From Trypanosoma brucei (taxonomy: Eukaryota): a stretch of 64,000 nt of DNA. The stretch is from the NCBI GenBank assembly GCA_000002445.1, contig CP000070.1, positions 672,001 through 736,000 of the forward strand, read 5' to 3'. Made by a program: the position numbers and the translations under genes. Shown here in pieces: positions 45,496 to 57,386 of the stretch; position 1 is the stretch's first letter; each line of letters starts with the position of its first letter. The notes under the pieces were generated by a model. It made no database searches. It was not told where the DNA came from and worked only from the letters and a program-made list of their open reading frames with translations.

Positions 45496-45762
45496 TGATT
45501 AGGTAAGGGAAGATGTAGCGTTTGTCTTCTAGATACTCCTGTGCTTGCGTAGGTGTTTTAAACGAAAACACACAGAACGGGGGTTCATTGCATCAAATTT
45601 ACCTCAATATTGTGTAACCACAACGGTACTTGTGAGTGTACGCTGACCACCTTAAAACCTTATCGTTTGTTGGAAATCTGTTTAAATATTTGTAGTGTAG
45701 AAGGTGGAATCTCGCCTGGGGCACTTTTTGACGCTTGTAACGCTGTAGAAGCTGCGCATTCC

Positions 45763-46683
45763 ATGGGAATAGTAGGAGAGTATGAAATATTAGAAACTCT
45801 AGGAACTGGTGCATTTAGCAAGGTAAAGTTGGTGCGGCACCTACCCACGAATGTGTATTTTGTTGCCAAGATCATCCAGAAGAGCAATCAACAGGTAGAA
45901 ACGGATGTCAGACTGGAAATATCGATCCTTCGGAGGTTGAGACATCGCAACATTGTGCAACTAATAGAAATTTTGGAAAGTTCTAATAACTATTACATCA
46001 TACTGGAACCCGTCCTTGGTGGCGATGTTTGCAGTCTTGTATTGTCCCAAGAGGGCGGCCTTGCCGAAGATTTTGTTGCCAACCTTTTCTTCCAGCTCGT
46101 GGCAGGGTTGCGTGCATGCCACCAAAATGGAGTTGCTCATCGAGACTTAAAGCCGGAAAATTTGCTGTTAACTGGAGAAAAAGTACTGAAGATATCAGAT
46201 TTTGGGTTAAGCCGCCTGCACAAACAAAGTAATTTCCATGCGGAAGCGGAAGAATATGCTCATACTCTTACAGGCACTTTAGCGTACGTTGCGCCTGAAG
46301 TCCTTGATGGAAATTATGATGCATTTAAAGCAGATATATGGTCAATTGGATGTATACTTTATGTTATGCTTACGGGTCAGTTCCCCTTCGGCCCCACAAC
46401 CGATGCTTGTGAGCTCGGTGAGCGAATAAAAGATGGCAGGGTCTGTGAAATGCCCAAGTCAGTTAGTGAAAATGCACGGGAGTTGACAATGTGGCTATTG
46501 TCCCGTGATCCGGCCAGTAGGCCTTCACTGGATGAGGTGGCAACTCACGCATTTCTTAGACAACATGTCCCTGCGAAGAACATTATGGCACTTACACGTA
46601 GTAGACAAGCGAAAATATTGGCGCCCGACCCCTCAGAATTTAGTAGCGCAATACCGGAGGAGAAACAAGTTGCAAACAGCTAA
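45763..46683 (+). CDS. Serine/threonine protein kinase, CAMK/AMPK-related type (306 aa from the first ATG)
   Basis: Track ORF begins on TTG at 45610; the first ATG is at 45763 (MGIVGEYEILETLGTGAFSKV). Glycine loop GTGAFSKV, VAIK-like VAKII, HRDLKPENLLL, DFGLS, GTLAYVAPE, DIWSIGCILY. Confidence 0.85.
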   Translation: MGIVGEYEILETLGTGAFSKVKLVRHLPTNVYFVAKIIQKSNQQVETDVRLEISILRRLRHRNIVQLIEILESSNNYYIILEPVLGGDVCSLVLSQEGGLAEDFVANLFFQLVAGLRACHQNGVAHRDLKPENLLLTGEKVLKISDFGLSRLHKQSNFHAEAEEYAHTLTGTLAYVAPEVLDGNYDAFKADIWSIGCILYVMLTGQFPFGPTTDACELGERIKDGRVCEMPKSVSENARELTMWLLSRDPASRPSLDEVATHAFLRQHVPAKNIMALTRSRQAKILAPDPSEFSSAIPEEKQVANS

Positions 46684-47443
46684 CTACCTTGGGTGCATAA
46701 GGTCAACTAAGAGTACTTTTTGTGGCAAGTGCTTTCGAGAACTGCCGGAAAGGGGTTTGACATTCTCATATGACAATTTTAAGAAGCTGATTACCCGTGG
46801 TATTTTTTAAAGGCACAACCCTTATATGAGAATACTGAAACAATGCGGTCCTGTTTACTACGCAATTCTGTTAACGCGCCTGGTGCACGGGGAAGGGGAG
46901 CGAACGTCTGAGGAATGTTGGATGCATGCATGAAGTTGGACCATTAAAATTGAGTCTGATGCAAACATGCATGCACAAATGTGGTGAAATTAAGAAGAAA
47001 ATCGTTGAGAAACCTTTTGTTCGTTCCTTGCGCCCCAACGCTGGTGGAAAATGGAGTCTCGACGAAGGTGCTTCATTTTCTTAATAAAACTCTAGAAGTG
47101 TTGCGGGGGTACACTTTCCTCGGGAAAGCTGTACCGGAACCACTTGACTTTGACCGCATACATCGAGAAGGAATGAACCGCTGTGTGAGCAAGGCTTTTT
47201 ATATTTCTTTTTTGATCGAATTATCTTTAACCGTTGTGTTGTTTAATGCTTTTATGCTTATTTGATTTACGCCTGCTGATGACTATTGGCTGTCTCTAAC
47301 CGTATGCTACGCACTGATTCGGGCAGTATTTCACTTTTATCCTTCCTGATTCCTTTTTTTGAAACTAACCTAACCCTTTTTTATTGAAGGCCGAAGGGGG
47401 CAGTTTTTAAGCGTTAACTACCCGAGAAAGGGGGAAAAATACA

Positions 47444-48280
47444 ATGCCAAGACCTGCCCCACGTTTCGCGATGGGGCACATGCTTCCTCATCGAAGTAAT
47501 GTTGGTTCCCAATTTTTGCATACCCAAAGGCACGGATCCCGGAGCACTTGGTACAAAAAACACTATTTTTCCCTGCGTCCGTTTGCAATCCAACGCCATC
47601 ACGGGACTACTCCCCGTATTTTACTTGATCGCAGTTTATGGAAATCTCTCTGGATTACCAAATTGCAACTACCAGATATTAACAGGTGGGAACGTGTTGT
47701 AAACAGCCAAAGGGTCACCGAAGATCGTTATGCTTTCGTGGAGGAAGAGGGTGTGATGCACAAGGTGAACTGGGGTCTTTATTGTGAACGGCTCGAAACA
47801 GAGTTGACTGTCACACAAGAGAGGCTTCCGCAACACACACTACTGATGAAAGCAGCGCCTTCTAGTTGGAAAAAATTGGATATCGATATTAGTGTTATTC
47901 GTGGCCTATCCTTACGTGAAGCAATGGCACAGTGCAAACTTTCGTTGCGCAAAGGACACCAGATTGTCTTCCGTGCTCTGGAGATGGCGCAACAGGGAGC
48001 AGAGGCAAAGGGCCTTGACAAGGAGCATCTACGCGTAGCTCACATTTCATGTTACCCTGGCCCAACTGACAAACAGATTGATATTCGTAGCAAAGGCTAT
48101 TACGCCTGGAAGACAAAAAAGTCGTCTCATTTGGTTCTTACTTTAGCTGAGGATCCTGAGATGGTGCTTCCTGACCGTACATGCCTTCCGTATTCTTCGC
48201 TAATGTCAATGAAGCGTGCCGGGCTTTCCGCCCAACCTACGGTAATTGACGTACCCGCTATTACTGCTGAGGGCATTTAG
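47444..48280 (+). CDS. Ribosomal protein L22 family protein, probably mitochondrial uL22m (278 aa)
   Basis: ATG confirmed. The Arg-rich N-terminus resembles a mitochondrial presequence. C-terminal block SVIRGLSLREAMAQCKLSLRKGHQIVFRALEMAQQGAEAKGLDKEHLRVAHISCYPGPTDKQIDIRSKGYYAWKTKKSSHLVLTLAE is colinear with bacterial L22 (...LIRGKKVSQALDIL...KKVLESAIANAE...GP..KR...RA.GRA..I.KRTSHITVVV). Confidence 0.65.
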   Translation: MPRPAPRFAMGHMLPHRSNVGSQFLHTQRHGSRSTWYKKHYFSLRPFAIQRHHGTTPRILLDRSLWKSLWITKLQLPDINRWERVVNSQRVTEDRYAFVEEEGVMHKVNWGLYCERLETELTVTQERLPQHTLLMKAAPSSWKKLDIDISVIRGLSLREAMAQCKLSLRKGHQIVFRALEMAQQGAEAKGLDKEHLRVAHISCYPGPTDKQIDIRSKGYYAWKTKKSSHLVLTLAEDPEMVLPDRTCLPYSSLMSMKRAGLSAQPTVIDVPAITAEGI

Positions 48281-48552
48281 CTAGTTTAAGTAGCAGCACA
48301 TTACTTGTGGGGTAAAAAAAAAAGCCTGGCTGAACAGTTGGAGAGATGTGCCAGTGACTTAGTTGCGTACTACTTGGTGACCGTTGTTGAAAGAATATTG
48401 GGTGTTTTCTCCTATCGAAATAACTTATATACGGGTCTTCACTCATTACCCCGGTTCGTGTGAAAGCTTTCTGTAATAACGCTCGTTCCCTTCGTTTTTT
48501 ATTATTGAAACTTCGGCAACCATGCGGGAGAACGGTATGGTTTACAGGTGTA

Positions 48553-49779
48553 ATGTTTAGGAAACGTTACAGACCCCTTGACCCTGCGGAGGAACGCTCT
48601 GTGGGTGTCGAGCAGGCGCTTCATGTTGGTTTTCTGAGGGATGAACAGTCGTATTGCTTCAGGTGGCCGGATGCCCCGCTTACGGCGATGCTGCGGCGGT
48701 CGGACGATTCCCTAGTTCTAGGCATGCAGAGTGGCTCCGGTTCCGGCACTCAGAACGCCGTTGTACTTCCTCCTGTACCAAGGTTGAGTGCCGTGTTAGC
48801 TGAACACGACAAAGCTGAATTGTTTAGTTCCCTCTCTACCAACAATACAGCTATTTCGTTTTCAGCCGATTCCTCTTCGGCAAGTGGCATCGTGCTAAAT
48901 CGAGGGAAGCGGCAGTTCTCGGCACCGGCGTCGACTTGTGTCGACGATAGCGTGTTCTCTTTCAGTTCTTTCCAAATGAAAGAGTTGGAATCATCGGGTG
49001 CTTTAAAGGCTTTCTATGAAGCTCATGCATTCTCAACAGTTTCCGCTACGGGTGATGGATGTGACAAGGTGCTAAAGGTTCTGGCAAGACGGAGAATGGA
49101 GGAGGAAATAGTACGTTTGGAGTGGCGTGCGTATTATGAAACGGAAAAGGTATCTCCCGCAATACAACGAATTTTGCTTCTAACAGTGGCGGTGCCCTTC
49201 CTTGATAACTTCGAAAGCAGCGTACTAGCCTCTACCGAAGGTGAGGCAAAGTGGCAGCGGATTATTTACGAACTATGGGTAAAATGGCGGATTGGATCCG
49301 TGAAGGCCGGAGAAGTAGCAACTGCATCTGATGGTACCCCGTGGGGGGCGCCATTGTTACCCGGCTCTTTTGTATCCTCCCTTTCAAGAGAGTACTTCAC
49401 AACTGTGGGCCCGGACCGCAGTGGTGCACTTAGGGGAGTTAGGGCTAACGATGCTAAGGGTGCTGATGGCGAAGGCTGTCAAGTGCTCTCTTCGGCAGCA
49501 GTGGGACGCCGAGGTGCGTACGGATATCTTAGATGGCGCATTGATCTCTACGAACCTCGACTGCGCGCGGTGCCTAAAGAGGGCGATGATGAGTATGGGT
49601 TGAGTAGTTCCACCAAACTTGTGGGGGCTGCCGAAGTGAATAATATTGTTGAAGAAAAAGTTCCATCAGTCCTGTGTGATGTGAGGCTTGGTGGGCGTGT
49701 TGACCCTCTCGACGCGCTGGCATTAACCGACATCCGCAGCGATGTGGGGACTTGGAGACAGTGGCTTGCTCATGTGTGA
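48553..49779 (+). CDS. Hypothetical protein (408 aa from the first ATG)
   Basis: Track ORF starts on GTG at 48460; the first ATG is at 48553 (MFRKRYRPLD...). Long open frame in the coding strand with ordinary composition. No motif recognised. Confidence 0.5.
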   Translation: MFRKRYRPLDPAEERSVGVEQALHVGFLRDEQSYCFRWPDAPLTAMLRRSDDSLVLGMQSGSGSGTQNAVVLPPVPRLSAVLAEHDKAELFSSLSTNNTAISFSADSSSASGIVLNRGKRQFSAPASTCVDDSVFSFSSFQMKELESSGALKAFYEAHAFSTVSATGDGCDKVLKVLARRRMEEEIVRLEWRAYYETEKVSPAIQRILLLTVAVPFLDNFESSVLASTEGEAKWQRIIYELWVKWRIGSVKAGEVATASDGTPWGAPLLPGSFVSSLSREYFTTVGPDRSGALRGVRANDAKGADGEGCQVLSSAAVGRRGAYGYLRWRIDLYEPRLRAVPKEGDDEYGLSSSTKLVGAAEVNNIVEEKVPSVLCDVRLGGRVDPLDALALTDIRSDVGTWRQWLAHV

Positions 49780-50306
49780 GTTGTGTGACCCTTTGTCGCC
49801 GAAGTAACTACTCATTTGTTAATGGCACGGTCGTCCTCGCGGGTTAATGTACGCACACCCTCCAATAAACGTTGGAGAAGCTGTGAAATACCTTCTGATG
49901 TATAGCACATAAAGTGGCGTCTCATATGTCACCACAAAGTGGTGTTGTTATGTATGCGCTACACGCGGGGAAGGTAAAGAATGGAGGGGATGGCATGTAC
50001 GATGCTAAACCGGGCTACGTCATTTTTTGAGTTTTTTCCCCATACGTCACGCAGTTGGTGGGCACGCGACCAATGTTTTCGTTCGCAGAGCGGTTTCTCT
50101 TAGTTCTTCGAGTTCACCACTTACTACTATCAACGCTTATTTCATCCATTCCTTTGTTCCCCCTCAGCAAAGCGAAGGCTAGTGAGACCGACCAAAAGCG
50201 AAAACCTAACAAGAAACGGTAATATAGAACTGACACGGGTGGTAAAGTGGTGACATTGAGGAGTGAATAAAAAGTGGCCAAATCATATAGAGGCAAAGAC
50301 AGCCAA

Positions 50307-50660
50307 ATGTCTAAAGCTCCTTCGCAACCAGCCAAGAAGTGGATGAGCGCTCGCACCCTTGCGAAGTCGGAAGATGCGACTAACCGTAAAAGTAATACGG
50401 CGGCCCCAGCGTCTCAACCTTCACAACAGCCGGCGTCGGTTATGCATGAGCGACCTACGCCGCCTCCTCCGGCCCCAGTTCAACTGCCTCAATCCGTTTT
50501 CTTTGAGCGACAGGAAGCGGTTGATACGTTAAGTAACCTTTATCGCAATGCGCAGAGTGTTAAAAAGATCGAAACCGGTCCAGCTGCGTTTGAAGCACGG
50601 GATATCTCCAAGGTTCATGAGGAGTTAATGGATTGTCTCAGGCCGGCAGCGGCGGCATAG
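50307..50660 (+). CDS. Hypothetical small Pro/Ala/Ser-rich protein (117 aa from the first ATG)
   Basis: Track ORF starts on GTG at 50274; the first ATG is at 50307 (MSKAPSQPAKKW...). Same strand as its neighbours. Confidence 0.4.
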   Translation: MSKAPSQPAKKWMSARTLAKSEDATNRKSNTAAPASQPSQQPASVMHERPTPPPPAPVQLPQSVFFERQEAVDTLSNLYRNAQSVKKIETGPAAFEARDISKVHEELMDCLRPAAAA

Positions 50661-51557
50661 CACGACCAATGGCTGCACATGGGATGTTCTTGTCGTCCAG
50701 ACGAGCTTTTCGTGGTGTTTTCACTATTGTGACCGGGTTTGATGCTCCACCTTAAGAGGAATAAAAGAGAAGATGAGGAAAAGAAAGTGTACAGGAAATG
50801 AGTCATGAGGATTTTGGGGGAAGGTAGAAGAGAGAGCACACATCAGGTGTTGTAATGAAACCTACTTTTATTGTTCCCCACGTCGCTTCAACTTTCTGTA
50901 GCCATCACTATTTTTCGGTGAAGCCTTGCTAGTGAGGGACGATTTGAACTGTTTGTAGTGCTTATTGTAGTGTCTTCTTCGTGACTCTCACTCTGTTCCC
51001 TTTATTTTTTTCATTCTTTTCGTTGCCTGTTTAACGTTTTCCTTATTATAGTTTGCTGGTGGCTCAGGGTGCAGAGTAGAAAGAAAAAGACTTTGGCGTT
51101 AACCATCAGGCGGTCCACTCCATCGCGAGAGTGCATATACTTGAGGGTACAAGACTCACTCACTTGTTCGACAGTGGCTCGTGGTAAGGTTCGTTTCGAG
51201 CGAACTGATCTTAAGAAAGGGGGATAAGTTTGTTTGAAACACTGCTCTTTGTCCAGGCATAAAGTTAGAGGGGGTGTCGGAGCCTTTGGACGGTGGCAGG
51301 TACCAAACTAGCTGCGGAGTTTGTCGTGCGCTGTTGAAGACAGGGCTGAAAAAAAAAGTGGTGGATTGAGCTCCAACTCGTGGGGTTTACATGTTATATT
51401 TTCCAGAACAATGCTTCTTTTTTTTTTTTTGCTTTTGTGCCGCATGTGGTTGCTTTCTTTATATATATGAACAGTTTGGAACTGAAAATCATATGACAGT
51501 GAAGTTTTTAACCCACTTTTTTGTAAAAATAAAAAAAGGAAGAAAAACGTGGAGCGA

Positions 51558-53663
51558 ATGGACGGGGATGATGGCATGCCGCCGTCAGAACATTCTGGGA
51601 CGCCGTTTTCGCAGTTTGAAGAGGACCAAGAACAGGAGGACCTCCTACGGGAAGAGATACCGGAGGAGGCAGGGGAATCGGAGTTGCCCGAAGGTGACGA
51701 TCAGACAGACATTGCCTTGCTGCCGAATGACTCGGAATATGCCGCTAACACCAGTGAGCTGGAAGGCTTCGGAACTGAGGTAAGGACTACCGATATGGAG
51801 CTGGAGGATTCGGTTGATCCTGAGCTTGACATGGTCGGGGCGGAGGTTGCTCCGGTCACGAAACCAAGTGAATCTGTCGAGGAGCTTCCGCTTACGGCGC
51901 AGGCTGTGGACAGTGAATTGGCGGATGTGATGCCGGAACGTGAACAGCCCTCTTATGGTGTACAGACTCAACTGGATGTCGAGGACATTACAGAGGAGTC
52001 TTCACAACAACCGACAGCCGAGAGTTCAGAAGTAGAAGCACACCAGTTGTCTCCAAATGAATATATAGTGTCCGCTGATATTGAAGTCAGTGTTTTCGTT
52101 ACAGTGCAGCCAATGGGGTTTCAAGTCACCGTGAAAGCACCTGGGGGGAGTAGAGGCGATGTTTATTCAGGATTTTTGTATGAGTGCATTGCCTCGCGGT
52201 TTGGTGTACATCCGGAGTCATTGCGGCTTCGATGGCGTGGAGAACGACTTCGGTTTGGTGTTACAGTTCCTTATGAAGCAGGTCCAGGTCCGCGGGAGGG
52301 GCGGCTATGGATTGATGCCTTCTTCAATGAAGGGATGATACCAGAACATCTAATGTCGATTGAGAAGGACAACCACTACGTGCGTTGTGTAACGGTGCGT
52401 GCGCGTTTGGAGCAAATCGGACCTTCAGACCTCATTTCTGCCCGTCGTCGCGGTTTAACTTTTGACGAGGCCATTAATGAGGTGCGGGAAAGTACTAAGC
52501 CTCAAAACTATATGACCATATCTATTGTGCATGATCCAATGGGGATTCGGCTGCCTTTCCTGGGTGGTTATCGCCTAAAGAAGGATCATTCCCGAATATT
52601 TCGTCATGCTGCCACACAACTTTCTTCTCCTGGGGACACAACTTTGGCTGATTTGCAGTATGGCCCTATTGTACGGAATAGGGTGTCAAGAAAAACTCAG
52701 ACTTACGGGGTCTCCCGAAGCACTCAGACGCTTCGAGAGGGCCGAACACAGACGGCGCGTCCGGATTACGAGGTGGACGAGAAATTTGACGAGGCGATAA
52801 CAGCAAAACCTTACTTCTCCTCCCAAGAGCTTCTCGCTTTACAGTCGACAATGATTGTTGTGATACAGAAAATGTACCGGAAGTGGAAGGCGCGAAGGGT
52901 CTTCCGCGAGGTTGCTGCCTTGCGTCAGGACTTCCTAAACAAGGCTGCACAGCAGGCTGCCGAAGAAGAAGCCGAGAAACGCCGCCGTGAGGAGTTTGAA
53001 CTAAGGCGACGAGCGGTTCCCCGGACGGCGGATGATTTCAAGACACTCCGGAAGGAATTAGAGGCGTGGCGCGCGGCCGAAGCGGAGCGTATTTTGGCTG
53101 ATACTAGTCTTAGCGAGGCGCAGAAACGCACCGCGCTCACCCATCTCACGAACAAGGAAGTCAAATTACTCAGAGAGCTGGAGACACTTCGCGGCACCGT
53201 GCTCAACAACCGGCGCATGCACCGTTTCGAAACTATCTTACAAGCGATGACGTGTGCCAAGGATTGTGGGCCCGTGTCTGTCACCACCCAGGCTGCTGAG
53301 CGGGCATGCGAACTGCGTCAACTCTACGCTTCTTTCACTGAACCACCAAAAACGGTCGAGGGGCGTCTTGATATCCTTCTTCACGTTAAATGGACTGTGA
53401 AGGAGTTCGATGTGCCCCTTACTCGCCAGATAGTAGAACTTATTGACCGTGAAGCCGATCTCCTGCAAAGGGGTCGCACTATGTGCTCACTAAAAGGGCT
53501 TCATACACGTCTAGAGAATTTATTGAAGCGTTTCATTGCCACCCCAGAATATAACCCCGCCGTCGAGGAGGTGGTAAGAGGTCCAAAATTTGGTGTCGCC
53601 GACGGCCTCGACGCTCCGAAAATTTCGTCCTCTCGACGTTTGAAGCCGTCAAACGTGCTGTGA
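51558..53663 (+). CDS. Hypothetical protein with an acidic N-terminus and an IQ calmodulin-binding-like motif (701 aa from the first ATG)
   Basis: Track ORF starts on GTG; the first ATG is at 51558 (MDGDDGMPPSEHSG...). IQ-like motif VIQKMYRKWKARRVFREV, followed by a charged coiled-coil segment. Confidence 0.6.
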   Translation: MDGDDGMPPSEHSGTPFSQFEEDQEQEDLLREEIPEEAGESELPEGDDQTDIALLPNDSEYAANTSELEGFGTEVRTTDMELEDSVDPELDMVGAEVAPVTKPSESVEELPLTAQAVDSELADVMPEREQPSYGVQTQLDVEDITEESSQQPTAESSEVEAHQLSPNEYIVSADIEVSVFVTVQPMGFQVTVKAPGGSRGDVYSGFLYECIASRFGVHPESLRLRWRGERLRFGVTVPYEAGPGPREGRLWIDAFFNEGMIPEHLMSIEKDNHYVRCVTVRARLEQIGPSDLISARRRGLTFDEAINEVRESTKPQNYMTISIVHDPMGIRLPFLGGYRLKKDHSRIFRHAATQLSSPGDTTLADLQYGPIVRNRVSRKTQTYGVSRSTQTLREGRTQTARPDYEVDEKFDEAITAKPYFSSQELLALQSTMIVVIQKMYRKWKARRVFREVAALRQDFLNKAAQQAAEEEAEKRRREEFELRRRAVPRTADDFKTLRKELEAWRAAEAERILADTSLSEAQKRTALTHLTNKEVKLLRELETLRGTVLNNRRMHRFETILQAMTCAKDCGPVSVTTQAAERACELRQLYASFTEPPKTVEGRLDILLHVKWTVKEFDVPLTRQIVELIDREADLLQRGRTMCSLKGLHTRLENLLKRFIATPEYNPAVEEVVRGPKFGVADGLDAPKISSSRRLKPSNVL

Positions 53664-54180
53664 TTGGTGAAGAATTGATGTTGGTAGGACTTTACAGGAG
53701 TATGGAAATACACATTGTGGACGAAGAGAGGGTAGAATGGAGTGTTTGCAATCTTCTCTACTTGCACAGTGCACATTACTGGTGTGAGTGAGAAATCATG
53801 CTTCCTTTCTGCGGAAATGGATGTTGTTGGGCGTCTTTACTCTTCCCTTATTAGACAGATATGTAAACAAAGATGTTATGTACATTTTACCATTTTTTTT
53901 TTTTTTGGAAGGAGCAAACGGTGCAACTTAGTCGGATACTTCTCTCTAAGTGGAGCCGGCTTCCCCTATCTTCTTTGTTCCATGCTTTCCGTCGTCGTAC
54001 CACTAAAGCTTAGATATTCCCTCATTTACAATAGGTGAACACACTTCTTCGTCCGGCGGTGACTCTTTCCGGTGCGAGGGGACTAAGGGAGAAATCTACA
54101 GCTGGGCTCTTGATAATAAAACAACTTGTCAGACCTGCCAGGATAGCAATAGCGGCCCACTTACGGTTTTAGGCGTGTGA

Positions 54181-55473
54181 ATGAGTTTTGATGGCCTTCG
54201 GGGACGCTTGAAGAAAAAAACGTCAGCCCCTACAACAGACGGATTAGGGGTCTCGGGGAATTCAATAGATCTTTCAGATTCCGTCTACGCGGCAGCCGTG
54301 CAAGAGGCTTGTACCAACCACCGAAGTCGTAAACGGCAGCGCTCTCCGATTAGTGATGTGCTAACAGAACAACTGGTTGGGGAAGGTAATGCGGGAGGAA
54401 CAACCTCCACCCCTGCCGTAGCTGAGGTTTCTATCACTCCGGTCGCACGTCCAAGACATCTCACGGAGGAAGAATTTCTCGAAAGATGTGTGGTGTCTGA
54501 AAAGGCATTGGGAAGGTGTGTTGAAAGGATGTCTCGCGCGCTGGTGGAACCAGCCGTTTTCGGCAGTCTGGAGATAAGGGACCAAGACATCGCTGGCGAC
54601 GACGTTGTGTTGTTGGGGTCTCGTGTGAGTGCGTTGCCCCTCCCACTCTGTCGTTTCCTTGTCCAGAGGCTACAGTGCGTGTCTACTTCTTCAGTTGTTT
54701 CAGATGCGGCATACCAGGAAGAGGAGTACAACTTGTTGTTTGCACTTGGAGAGGTGGAGGCATGCCAACGGCAGGCGTGCGTGTCCATCCCCGAACAACT
54801 TGAAGGACTTATCGCAGTGCTACAAACTTACTGGCTTGCGCTATGCCTATATTGGCGAGCTGCTCTCTGTGGTTCCGTATCAGGAAACCCCTCTCACCAG
54901 GGCGGTTGGTCGTATGACGTCTATTTGCTCCAACATCACGCTTTGCCTGATACGGTGCGACACACGCATGGGAGGCAGGTGGCCCTTGGGCTGGAAGCGT
55001 GGCGGAAGGCAACCCGTGTCCGGCAGGATGCCTTTGACTTTCTGGCACTGGTGCTGCATGACATGTTAGTTCTTACGCGTCGCCTGTTGAGGGGAGGAGT
55101 TTCAGGGGTTAGTGATGAGGAGTCGTGCGCGATTCCCGTGGATATGGCGAAGAATCTCTTTCTGCTGCAAAAGCTCCTGCGTAGTCGTGATTTTCCAGGT
55201 TGCCGACAGCTGTATGTCGACCTTACTCTGGGAACAGCGAATTGGAAGCTGGGTCTATTTTCAGGTGGAGAAGTGCACATGCGGCGCTCGATGGAACGCA
55301 TTGAGCGCCGACGCATTGCCCATTTGCTCCACAACGAGAACGCACTACGGCTTTTGCATGCTGTGCGCGAGTTAATGGACTTCGTGCAGCAGCACGAGGC
55401 AGTGTTACAGGACTGTTTTTTTTTTACCTTCAATTCTGATGAAAATGGGCCGAACAAGGAAACAGCGGGATAA
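54181..55473 (+). CDS. Hypothetical protein (430 aa)
   Basis: ATG at 54181. Long open frame in the coding strand. No motif recognised. Confidence 0.55.
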   Translation: MSFDGLRGRLKKKTSAPTTDGLGVSGNSIDLSDSVYAAAVQEACTNHRSRKRQRSPISDVLTEQLVGEGNAGGTTSTPAVAEVSITPVARPRHLTEEEFLERCVVSEKALGRCVERMSRALVEPAVFGSLEIRDQDIAGDDVVLLGSRVSALPLPLCRFLVQRLQCVSTSSVVSDAAYQEEEYNLLFALGEVEACQRQACVSIPEQLEGLIAVLQTYWLALCLYWRAALCGSVSGNPSHQGGWSYDVYLLQHHALPDTVRHTHGRQVALGLEAWRKATRVRQDAFDFLALVLHDMLVLTRRLLRGGVSGVSDEESCAIPVDMAKNLFLLQKLLRSRDFPGCRQLYVDLTLGTANWKLGLFSGGEVHMRRSMERIERRRIAHLLHNENALRLLHAVRELMDFVQQHEAVLQDCFFFTFNSDENGPNKETAG

Positions 55474-55683
55474 CTACTAGCAGTCAGTTGCCACCTTCCT
55501 GCTGGTACTGCCAAATAAACATTTCTTTTTATTCCCTTTTATATTCTTGCTTCCCCCTTGCGATGTCTATGTTATCGTGTCGCCACCTCTTTAACTTGAC
55601 CCTTCTTCACTTCCGTTAAGATTTCCTCACTGCGACCGTGGTCCTGACCACCGCAACAAAATCAATTTAAAGGGTTTGAGAGG

Positions 55684-56724
55684 ATGCGCGACTCGGGTGT
55701 GGCAACCGCCACCACTTATGTGGCACCTGTTGGGGGCCATGTGCATCCCAGTCTACAACGGTACATGCCCGGGCAACTTCCAAAGCGGATGAAACGGCTG
55801 TGTACCGGAGAAACAAACTTAAAAGTCCACAACCGAATGCACATGGATTCAATTCGAACTGAGATAGCGCCTATTTTACCGTCTTCAGAACACCTGCGAC
55901 AAACCCTGCTGCCCTCTATCACGGTACAGAGGGCCGCTGGAAGAAGCAATGTAACGCCACGCGCTGGCCCGAAGGAAAAGCAACCTTCAGGCGTGAATGA
56001 GTCTTCGGAGGCCAACAACAAGAAAAACGAGGCGGTTATGGGCGTCTGGTGTAGACTTCCCCACGAGGACGAGGTTGTGGTAAGATCACTCGTTGAGTCC
56101 AATAACAAGGGGAAGCACAATGCATTTTCCAACGAAGCATTTTACTTCGGCAGCCACCATACAGGGGGTGCGGGCCAACTTGAATACGCTCATCATAACA
56201 TGACGCACAACAACAACCACTCCGTCTCAGCATGGAAACAGCGGCAGCACTACCATCCGGATATTTGGCACACTAGAGCCCAACAACATCCACCACCAAA
56301 AAAAGAAGCGAACACCACAGAAGAAATGCAAAAACATTCAATCCACGGCACACAAAACGATGAAATACGCGGTGAAAGCACGCACTCTGTACACCCAAAA
56401 GAAAAATGTGGAAACGTCGAAAAAGAAATGACAAAAAAGGCGATGGATTACAATGCTGCCAAAAATAAAAAATATGAAAACCTTAGCTGGATACAAAAAA
56501 GTACAACATTCGACACTAGCAAAATGACAGCGCCGAAGCTACGTTTCGAGCTAACTGATTACCACAACACAATGCCAATAACACAAACAGCGCCATCTAC
56601 ATCTCAATACATCGAAGAAAGCAGAAGATTCGAAACAATAAACGGTAAACCACTTACAACAGACAACGACAAAAAGAACATCAAATACGCTCGAAGAAGA
56701 TACGACACCACCACCAAGCATTAA
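55684..56724 (+). CDS. Hypothetical protein with an Asn/His/Lys/Gln-rich low-complexity C-terminus (346 aa)
   Basis: ATG at 55684. Long open frame in the coding strand immediately upstream of the H2A array. Confidence 0.45.
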   Translation: MRDSGVATATTYVAPVGGHVHPSLQRYMPGQLPKRMKRLCTGETNLKVHNRMHMDSIRTEIAPILPSSEHLRQTLLPSITVQRAAGRSNVTPRAGPKEKQPSGVNESSEANNKKNEAVMGVWCRLPHEDEVVVRSLVESNNKGKHNAFSNEAFYFGSHHTGGAGQLEYAHHNMTHNNNHSVSAWKQRQHYHPDIWHTRAQQHPPPKKEANTTEEMQKHSIHGTQNDEIRGESTHSVHPKEKCGNVEKEMTKKAMDYNAAKNKKYENLSWIQKSTTFDTSKMTAPKLRFELTDYHNTMPITQTAPSTSQYIEESRRFETINGKPLTTDNDKKNIKYARRRYDTTTKH

Positions 56725-56822
56725 TCAGCCATCAAAAAGAAGGGAAAATAAATCAGAAATGTACAAATTACTACTCTAGAAAAAAAGAAACAAAAGTAAT
56801 TACAAAAAAAAATTAAAATTAA

Positions 56823-57386
<564 letters not shown>

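Noticed and set aside
45610-45762. N-terminal extensions of several track ORFs (kinase 45610, 48460, 50274, 51549, 4956..6338, 8735..10369, 15888..17165, 21074..22564, 34914..35867, 35998..38031)
   Set aside because: Checked against the nucleotide sequence: these ORFs begin on TTG or GTG, which the ORF caller treats as starts. A eukaryotic nuclear gene needs AUG, so each was trimmed to the first in-frame ATG.
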